Below, in pieces: positions 56,221 through 64,000 of a DNA stretch of 64,000 nucleotides. Location: the NCBI GenBank assembly GCA_963733675.1, contig CAVTET010000004.1, positions 32,001 through 96,000 of the forward strand. The letters are read 5' to 3'. The notes under the pieces were generated by a model that saw only the letters and a list, made by a program, of their open reading frames with translations, did no database searches and had not been told where the DNA came from. The stretch is from an uncultured Methanosarcinaceae archaeon. GTDB taxonomy: Archaea; Halobacteriota; Methanosarcinia; Methanosarcinales; Methanosarcinaceae. Within the stretch, counting starts at the first letter, position 1; each line of letters starts with the position of its first letter. The position numbers and the translations under genes were made by a program.

Positions 56221-56589
56221 CTGAATCTGGTTTTTGCACCCCAAATTGCGTCCTAAATGTATGAGACCTCCTGATTTAATATGAGACCATAAGAATTAGA
56301 AGATTTAGAACACTGGCGTAAAATCGGGGCTTCTGCTAATGTCTAGAGCAAGATATCGGGACATTGAATCGAAATAGAATTCCCAAAGGGGCTGGAGTGT
56401 GATTCAAACTACTGACTGGGATGGGAGCCAGCAAGGATGCAGCCCTATTCAACAGATTTTTATCTTCATAAGATGATACAATAATTTAGAATATCTATCA
56501 TGAGGGATAAACTGATAGTTTTCAGAATAGGTTGCTGAAGCTAAAATATTAGTACCATAATGGATTGGATATTTCATCGATTCAGGAAA

Positions 56590-57415
56590 AGCAGCTTTAT
56601 TAAATATTCTACAATAAAAAAAGGTTTTCATAAAACTTTGAGCTTATCCTCTTGTTTCTTAATATATCACTCATTTCCAGGAAATGTTCTTTTACTGTTA
56701 TTTCATTGTTCCATTATAACTTCTTGATTTTGCTCCATAGTATCCTTTGTCTATTAAAAACACTTTATTTTTGCTGATAAATCTACCTGCGAATCATGAA
56801 GTGACGTAGTTGTTGTTTTGAACCTTCTGATTGGCTTATAATCTCTGGCAATTATTCTATGAAGTTTTTATCCGAAGTGTGACTGATCACCCTTTTTTAT
56901 TCAGGTTCCGTCTCTGCTTCTCTATCTTTTTGCTTCGTTTTCTCGAGGTTCAGCAGCTTTTGAAGGTCCAGGATCTAAATGGATAAAAGTAGCGTTCTGA
57001 ATCATTCTCGGTTTTATTTTAAAACCAAGGCAATAAAGTTGAATTTAAAAACTGTCCCTATATTTAATTTTCTAAACCAAAAATTACCTGAAAAAAATCA
57101 ATAAAATTGTTTTTCAAGTTCAAGATCTGAAAGACCATGCCTTTGCTTTAAAAAAATCATTTTAAAAATAATGATTACTTTAGCTCTGTGTCTTTCTCAA
57201 AAAAATTTCCTATTTAATATATGGCTCAAAAATGATGTGAAAAGGTTTCTAATAAATTAAGGAATCAATTTCAGCAAGTTTGTCACCAACTTACTTGAGA
57301 TTTATTTATTTTCCTATAAAAGTAAAACAAGTAAAAGTCTTCATGAGTAAATATTATTGTTCGGGATTTAAACTATTCAATAATCAAATGCAAAGGTTTT
57401 TTATAGAAATTCTCT
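56590..57415 (-). mobile_element. decayed IS5-family element, second copy
   Basis: Aligns with 2100-2988; RMIQNATFIHLDPG, TTTSLHDSQVDLS; end TTTATAGAAATTCTCT. Confidence 0.75.
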
Positions 57416-57735
57416 TAAGTCTCTAGTGTAACCCAAGTTTGGGTTTTCATGCACTGAGATATATCTTATCCAAATAGTCTCAATGAAGTGAAAACAAAAG
57501 AACTGGAACATGACACCAAGTACATTTTGGAAATAAAATAAACCAAATGATAGAAAGCGATCAAAAACTAAGAACTTTTTTTATTTTACTAATGCGCAAT
57601 ATATTTCTAGATAGTCCTTTATTAGTAGCAATACTCATTGATCCTTCGCCTTATAATATTATTGTTCATATGCTTGGTTTATACTTACGAGTTTGAAGTA
57701 TGATAAAGTCCCTCTATTTATCAGGTGGAATAAGC

Positions 57736-58563
57736 ATGCTTGAAGTATACTGCGATTCTTCTTATTACGAAAATGAGGACTCATATATTGGCTGTACGGT
57801 GCTTCGAAACGGGAGGCAGATCCATCAATCCACCACTAAAGCCAAGAATTGCCTTGGAAGCAATCTTAATTGCGAACTTGAAGCCCTTGATTTCGCAGTC
57901 ACCCTGGCTAACATTTTTTCTGAAAATGACAAGGAGATAATTATTTATAACGATTCCACAGAGGCTGTAAAGTTTTTTCAGGCTAAAAGGGAAGAAGTTG
58001 AAAAGAAGTTTTTGGGATTCAGTGTCAGCTTTGAATACATACCCAGAGAAAAAGTAAATCAGGTAATTGCTGATAGCCTTTCTAAAAAGTTTCCTATCTT
58101 TTTCCTGAATGTTCCTACCTTTAAAGTTGAATCTTTTTCACGGCGCGTAGACATTCTATCAGATATTGCCAAAAACAGACGTAGTGTTCTTTATCTAGAA
58201 AAAGATGAGGAATTGTCTACGAAAAAAAAGATCTGCTACAGGCTAGTAATCCGCACAGTGGATAAAATCCTATCAGATGAACTACTTTATATTGTAAAAA
58301 AGGGGGGCTTAGGCGCTCAGGTCAAAGTTGGAGAGGAAATAAAGAGAAATCTATCTGATCCAATGGTCATTTCTGTCCTGAAAGCAAAGGGTATAAGTCT
58401 TGAAGATTCTTATTTCCTGATAACAGATGATACATGGGGTCTACGAGGTACCGATAATCAGGCATACTCCATCTTGCCCTTTTCTGTTCCTCACAGAATT
58501 ATCTGTGATGAAGTTGACAGATCTTCTCAAAATCTTTTTAGGCGAGTCGAGCGCTTTAAATAA
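57736..58563 (+). CDS. RNase H-like domain protein
   Basis: EVYCDSS, CELEAL, IYNDS and IPREKVNQ.IADSLS acidic RNase HI-type motifs; GGTGG RBS. Confidence 0.75.
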   Translation: MLEVYCDSSYYENEDSYIGCTVLRNGRQIHQSTTKAKNCLGSNLNCELEALDFAVTLANIFSENDKEIIIYNDSTEAVKFFQAKREEVEKKFLGFSVSFEYIPREKVNQVIADSLSKKFPIFFLNVPTFKVESFSRRVDILSDIAKNRRSVLYLEKDEELSTKKKICYRLVIRTVDKILSDELLYIVKKGGLGAQVKVGEEIKRNLSDPMVISVLKAKGISLEDSYFLITDDTWGLRGTDNQAYSILPFSVPHRIICDEVDRSSQNLFRRVERFK

Positions 58564-58934
58564 TTTTCCTTTCCGACGTCGTCTACTTTCCTTATCAAGA
58601 CATTTTTGACTTGATAATTCTTTTTGTTATTTTGTTCACTACATAAAATTTCTATGAATAAAATATACTCCGCTATAGACGTGAGAAGTAAATGTGACAA
58701 AGTCAAGGTAATTGTAATGATAATATAAGATAGTGTACCGATTTTTCTGTAAAATCATAAATCTTAATAATTTAGGGGGATGGAAATCTCACATCAAGAA
58801 AACCAAATTATATCTATTATGTATAAATTTTACATGCTATTTAAGGCAAATTTGCGACACTGCTGAATTTCCACATATTAAGTACATTCAAAAATGTAGG
58901 ACTTCTTCGGATCTAGATCCCCTTCGTACAGATT

Positions 58935-59415
58935 AAGAATGTCGTACATATATGTCTATTATTCGGAGTCAATAGTCTGAATGCACCACAAGCTTCTCAA
59001 AAAGGACTTAATTTTGCGTTTTTTAGAATAAGCTTGATGTTATCATTGTTTGTTGCTTCAATCTTTTTTCCTCAGTTTTTCAATAAATAGTGTAATCTAT
59101 CACTTCTTGATCCTATCGGACGGACTTATATATTTTTTAGCTACTGTTTCTGTAACCTGCTTCTCAGTGTATTTTCTAGGTTTATTAGATATTTGTTAGT
59201 TCAAAAAGCACTTTAGATTCCTTCTTCCAAGTGTCTTTTAGATTATCAAAACAGAATTCCTACAAAAACCTGATGTTTTCTTTATCTTTTTGTTCCATTT
59301 TTGCTGCTTTTTCAGTATTTAAGATACTTATTCTTGTGAGTTCTTTTGGTTTTTTGTCGCTTTTTTACAAAGTCCATAAGAAAATTTATTTCATCATCTT
59401 CAAGTTTTGTTTATG
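58935..59415 (-). pseudogene. probable transposase remnant (family unclear)
   Basis: Lys-rich broken frames ending NRHICTTFL. Confidence 0.3.
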
Positions 59416-59480
59416 AAATGAAGATGTGAAGGGATTCATAGATTAGTGTGACAATTAATTAAATTGTTGAGACAATAGGC

Positions 59481-61355
59481 TCAAAGCTTCTTAACGTGCC
59501 GAATATCCACAGCAACTCCTCTATTGGACTGTATCATTTCATTTCCGTTCATAAGTGACCTGCCTACGCAGAGGGCTCGATCTCCAAGAACAATCACTTC
59601 ATCATTAGGTCTTATTTGCGGATCTGCTTTCAGTATTCCCGGAGCAAGAATGGAATTGCATGGGACAAAATCATCTATATTTACCACGTATTTCCCATTT
59701 TTTGACATAAGTTCCCCTCCATCAAGCGAAAGAGCAAGCATACCATACTGTGGAACTAAAGTTGCAAATTGTTTTTTCCCAACAAAGAGCTGGTACTTTG
59801 GGAAATGGCCTTTGATAACAAGCTTTTCTGCTTTTTCATCGAAGAGAAGTCGGCTAGCTTCTCCGAACTGATAAGTTGCAATTGCCTTCATAATATTCTT
59901 CTTTTTCTCTTCTGCATTCAAGCTTTTCTTGCTAAAATCTCCAGCTGTGCAAAAAGATTCAACAACATTTTTTAGATTTGAAAGAGCTTCTATCGACACA
60001 AGGTTTTCTTTAGCTGTGTAGATGATTTTAATTTCAAGTTTATTTGCTACCCTCTCGCAAATTTCTTTGTATGCCCCTTCTACATGTGCTATCACTTTTT
60101 TATAACTATATTTTGAGAGATAAGTTTCAAGACAGCCGGAAACCCAACTTTTTTCGCCTTCGTCCCAATGTCCCGTAACCGCAGTATCGTAATGGGCTGC
60201 AGGGTAGGTTAATTCTAGTTCTCTGGGCACTATTCCAAGGGGTGAGGTTAATATTACTTCATGAATAAACTTGCGATGATTTCCAAGGGCCAAAATGAAT
60301 TTCTGATGGGATTGAGAGGTTGAATAGGGTTTTTTGGCTGCACATGGGAGAATCAGGAGGATATCAAGATCTGGAGGGTTATATCTTTCATGTACACGCT
60401 TTGCGAACCTTGTCACTTCTATTCGAGATAGCGCTTCCGAAGTATTTGCAAGGAGCTGGTTTTGCCGGAAAGCAGGAACTTTTTCCTCAAGATAATAATA
60501 TTCAAAATCTCCAAGGCGTAGCAGGGCTGTGAGCCAGGGCCTGACCCTACACTGGCCTTCAACATATTCCCGCAGTGTTCCTGTTCGTATTCTTTCACGG
60601 ATAAGGGAAAGCTCTGACTCAAGGGCAGTTCTATTGTGCGCGATTAAGAATTTTGCTCTATCATTTTTCGGAAGATTTCTTAGCTCTGCTGGCCTTGTGT
60701 GAGCACATACCCTGCATCTACAGGGAAATTCGGTCAGGTTTTCAAGATGAAAACTGCCTGAAGTTATGAGATAAATGTCTGAATAGGCTGCAATTACTGT
60801 CCGGGTATCGTCTAGAATATCGATTCCAAAATAGATCAGCATTGCTACATTTTCAGGAAGTGCTAGGTTTGGAGCATATAATGCCGTATCTGGGGGAATG
60901 CGGTCTTTCAGCTTAAAAAGGATTTCGAGAAACTTTCGAGCATTGTTTTCAAAGATACCTGCACCTTCCATTATATAAAGATCACTTTTCAGAGTATCTC
61001 CTTTTGTCCTGAGAAGGGAACCTATGGGGCCTTCAGTTTTTTTCCCACAGTCAGTGGTTAATGTTCTGATCTTTCCCCTTGATTCGGTTGAGATGGAAAG
61101 GGGGTAAACCTGATGTGGTAGGATTATAAGAGTTCCATTTTTTGTTTTTTCCCGGATTTGTTTTACGCGTTCTTCAAGCTTTACATCGGATTCAACACCC
61201 CAAAAGCTACCTACATCTATAATGGAGCCAGGATTTTTAATGTTCCCGAGCTCTGAAGTATTTATAATGCAGGGAGTACGAAGTTCTGGTACTAACATAA
61301 GTTTCCCGATTCTGGCTGCTCCATCTCTTTTTTCTATCTCAAAGTACTGTGTCAT
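59481..61355 (-). CDS. arcS: archaeosine synthase subunit alpha (TGT-like + PUA)
   Basis: RDGAARIG, CRCRVC, LPCAAKKPYS.SQSH, TSPLGIVPRELE and C-terminal PUA; start MTQYFEI. Confidence 0.9.
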   Translation of the reverse strand: MTQYFEIEKRDGAARIGKLMLVPELRTPCIINTSELGNIKNPGSIIDVGSFWGVESDVKLEERVKQIREKTKNGTLIILPHQVYPLSISTESRGKIRTLTTDCGKKTEGPIGSLLRTKGDTLKSDLYIMEGAGIFENNARKFLEILFKLKDRIPPDTALYAPNLALPENVAMLIYFGIDILDDTRTVIAAYSDIYLITSGSFHLENLTEFPCRCRVCAHTRPAELRNLPKNDRAKFLIAHNRTALESELSLIRERIRTGTLREYVEGQCRVRPWLTALLRLGDFEYYYLEEKVPAFRQNQLLANTSEALSRIEVTRFAKRVHERYNPPDLDILLILPCAAKKPYSTSQSHQKFILALGNHRKFIHEVILTSPLGIVPRELELTYPAAHYDTAVTGHWDEGEKSWVSGCLETYLSKYSYKKVIAHVEGAYKEICERVANKLEIKIIYTAKENLVSIEALSNLKNVVESFCTAGDFSKKSLNAEEKKKNIMKAIATYQFGEASRLLFDEKAEKLVIKGHFPKYQLFVGKKQFATLVPQYGMLALSLDGGELMSKNGKYVVNIDDFVPCNSILAPGILKADPQIRPNDEVIVLGDRALCVGRSLMNGNEMIQSNRGVAVDIRHVKKL

Positions 61356-62252
61356 GTTTGTCCTCTTATGTCTATTATGATGTAAAGGTTTATCATCTTC
61401 TAATTCTGGAAATTTGTTCATTCAGTGTGATTTTGTTTTAAATTTGAAAGCTCTCTTGCATATTTTTCTTTCTCCAGATCATTTAAGTTCCTACATTTGC
61501 ACTATTGGGGCATGATAGCTCACAATGCAAGTTGAATACACTGTGCTAAATACTGTACTGCTATAAACTATGTTAGCGACCTGAAAATGGTTCCTGCGGA
61601 TGGGGCAATAATCTACACAGGCTCAATAATGCTGAAATCTGCTGCATGCTATTATCTGATGCATTTTATTATAGGGATTGAATGTATTCTCGGAATTGTC
61701 ACAAAAGCTGCCTAAAGGTTGCTCCTATCCTTAAAACTCGCAAACTAGTTATCTCCCCTCCTTTGAAAATGCAAAAATTATAGGACAGGCAGTGTTAAAA
61801 GACTTTTTCAAATTGGGTTCTTCTCTAAGCCTGCGGGGTCCTGAACATAGTTTCCCTGCAGGTTCTCAAAAGCTGCTACCAAAGATTGTGCTTCCTCCAG
61901 ACGAATATATTTTTCTCTTCGAGTTGAAAAACACTGAAAATTCAGCACTTGGAGCTAACGAGCAAATAATACATGTACGTTCTTCTCTTGCTCCAAAAAT
62001 TTATTATTATTTTCTAACATTTAGACTGATTTGAAAACCAAAATTAGAACAAACTTCTTGCTCAAAATAACAATTGAGTTAATGTTCAAAAAAAGTAAGG
62101 TGGATAAAACTTTCATTTATTTGAGCCTTTTATTCAAAAAATTTCATAGCTGTTTTTAAAAATGGTTTAGAGTTGATGAGATTCGGAAATACTGGCTGAA
62201 AAATATTTTTTCTTTTGTCTGATCTCACAATAGTAATTCTCTCTAATACCAA

Positions 62253-62391
62253 CCTACATCCTGCAGCTGTACACGGATGTATAATTTGTTTGCCTATTTG
62301 CCCACTATTTTCATTGAAAGTTGAATTAATTTTGAAGCTACTGTAATATTGAGAAAATAGATGGTATTTTTGTGTGCATCTATGAAAGTGG
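62253..62391. mobile_element. diverged copy of the 3925-4062 MITE
   Basis: Shared TCATTGAAAGTT...AAGCTACTGT.ATATTGAGAAAATA.ATG.TATTTTTGTG core. Confidence 0.6.
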
Positions 62392-62487
62392 ATGCCAACA
62401 TAATGTTTTTATTTTCGAAAAACTACTTTTGTTTACTGAACTCTAAGTAGGGTATAAATCTTAGATGTAAGTTAGGAGAAGCGAATT

Positions 62488-62747
62488 GTGAGTTGTAAAC
62501 CTATTACTTTTTGTAACGTTTCGCTTGACATTTTTAAGTACATGAAGAAAAAGCTTCCGGATACAGAGATACATATACCACCTGGAAATAAAGGAGAGCC
62601 TTCATGGGCTGGAATTGTGGCAGATTTTGAATGGGATGGGGAGTCTCTAAGCTTACCATCAAAATCACGAAAAAACCCCTTTTCATCAGTTGTGATGTCG
62701 CAGCTTATAAAATAAAAAAATTCGTGATAGAACGCCAGGGTTCATGA
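62488..62747 (+). pseudogene. small Cys-containing protein, frameshifted paralog of 62770-63051
   Basis: GIVADFEWDGES then shifted LTIKITKKPLFISC...FVIERQGS. Confidence 0.65.
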
Positions 62748-62769
62748 AGAAAGATTTAGGATTGAGAGC

Positions 62770-63051
62770 ATGAGTGGTAGGAAACTGGATAGTGAAGGTT
62801 GTCAGGGCATTAAGCTTAATAATGTTACTCTGGAAGTGTTTTCCTGTGTGAAGAAAAAACTTAGTAGCTACGGGCTCGTAGTTTTATCTGGAAATTCCGG
62901 AGTATTTAAAGGAGATGGAATAGTTGCTCACTTTATTTGGGATGGTGAGTCAAATTTTGTGATTGAAATTAAAGAACGTTCTCTTAATACTTACTGTGGG
63001 CAGGTAAGCAGAAAACTGAGGTCTTTAGTGCGTGAATGTCAGGGATTATGA
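62770..63051 (+). CDS. small hypothetical protein (4 Cys)
   Basis: Intact 93-aa ORF with adjacent paralog. Confidence 0.7.
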   Translation: MSGRKLDSEGCQGIKLNNVTLEVFSCVKKKLSSYGLVVLSGNSGVFKGDGIVAHFIWDGESNFVIEIKERSLNTYCGQVSRKLRSLVRECQGL

Positions 63052-63151
63052 AAGAAAATCCGACTCAGGGATCAAGAAGATATATATTGTATAGCACAAT
63101 ATTTCAAAATTTAATCGTGCTTTTCTAAGAATTTGAGCTATTTTAAGTGCT

Positions 63152-64000
63152 TTATCTATTTTTCCTTTTTATCAAACAGTTGTGTGCATTTCCCACAAGA
63201 TCAAATCTTCCTGCTTTTTCAAGAGCTTCATAAACAAGTTCGTAATTATCAGGACTCTTGTAGTGCATAAGGGCCCGCTGCATCACTTTTTCTTTTTTAG
63301 TTCTTGCAACGTACATTTTTTTGCCTGTGAATGGGTCAAGCCCTGTGTAATACATGCAGGTCGCTACTGTCATGGGCGTTGGGGTAAAATCCTGTACATT
63401 TTCTGTATAGCCCCCATGGTCTCGCACATATTCTGCCATTTCGATCATATCTTCAAGGGTGCAGCTAGGATGTCCTGACATCAGATAATTTACTATATAC
63501 TGTTCTTTGCTGTATTTTTTGTTGAGGGTAGCAAATTTATCGGCAAATTTTTCGTATGTTTCTCTACCGGGTTTGCGCATCGAACTCGTGACCCGCTTTG
63601 AGAAATGTTCCGGTGCAATACGAAGTTGTCCGCTTATATGGTGAGCACAGAGTTCTTCAAGATATTCTTCATCCTCAAGAGCCAAGTCGTAGCGCACTCC
63701 ATAGCCGGTAAATACCTTCTTGACTCCTGGAAGTTCGCGTATGTGGCGCATGAGTTCTAGTAACTTTTTGTGGCTAGTATCCAGAGCAGGGCATATGTGT
63801 GGGTAAAGGCATGATTTATCAAGGCAAGCACCTTTTTTCATCCAGATTTTGCACTCCATTCCATACATATTAGCACTTGGACCTCCAACTCCGGTTATAA
63901 TTCCTTTGAAGTCTGGTTTTTCTGTAAGTTTTTTCGCCTCACGCAGGATGGACTCGGTGTTGCGGCTTGAAATCATGCGTCCCTGGTGCTGAGTAATAGC
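63152..64000 (-). CDS. YgiQ/UPF0313-family radical SAM protein, C-terminal part (runs off window)
   Basis: GGPSANMYG, GVRYDL, SGQLRIAPEH and QDFTPTPMT..TCMYYTG motifs. Confidence 0.9.
   Translation of the reverse strand, partial: AITQHQGRMISSRNTESILREAKKLTEKPDFKGIITGVGGPSANMYGMECKIWMKKGACLDKSCLYPHICPALDTSHKKLLELMRHIRELPGVKKVFTGYGVRYDLALEDEEYLEELCAHHISGQLRIAPEHFSKRVTSSMRKPGRETYEKFADKFATLNKKYSKEQYIVNYLMSGHPSCTLEDMIEMAEYVRDHGGYTENVQDFTPTPMTVATCMYYTGLDPFTGKKMYVARTKKEKVMQRALMHYKSPDNYELVYEALEKAGRFDLVGNAHNCLIKRKNR

Overview
Chromosomal segment of a methanogenic archaeon, most likely Methanosarcina (inferred from gene content and IS types). Intact core genes: trpCBADFEG, top6B/top6A, an MTA/SAH deaminase, arcS and a partial YgiQ-type radical SAM gene. 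They are interleaved with decayed accessory DNA: IS110, IS5, IS21, IS6, IS1634 and ISAs1 relics, MITEs, surface TPR proteins and stress-type genes. The main discovery is an ~11.9-kb integrative element (11802-23729) inserted into the 5' end of an Lrp/AsnC gene. Its ends rebuild into a symmetric att site with a 6-bp CAATGA core. It carries a frameshifted tyrosine integrase and a compact module: a 189-aa protein translationally coupled to a family A DNA polymerase with an in-frame amber codon (possible pyrrolysine), five ~22-bp-spaced palindromic boxes plus an AT-rich tract (candidate origin), and a small wHTH protein. Cargo is a sulfatase, an SDR and a DUF1269 protein. A second, decayed homologous polA lies at ~55 kb, suggesting a recurrent family of PolA-encoding archaeal elements. 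All calls come from reading the sequence and recalling family motifs; no database searches were run.
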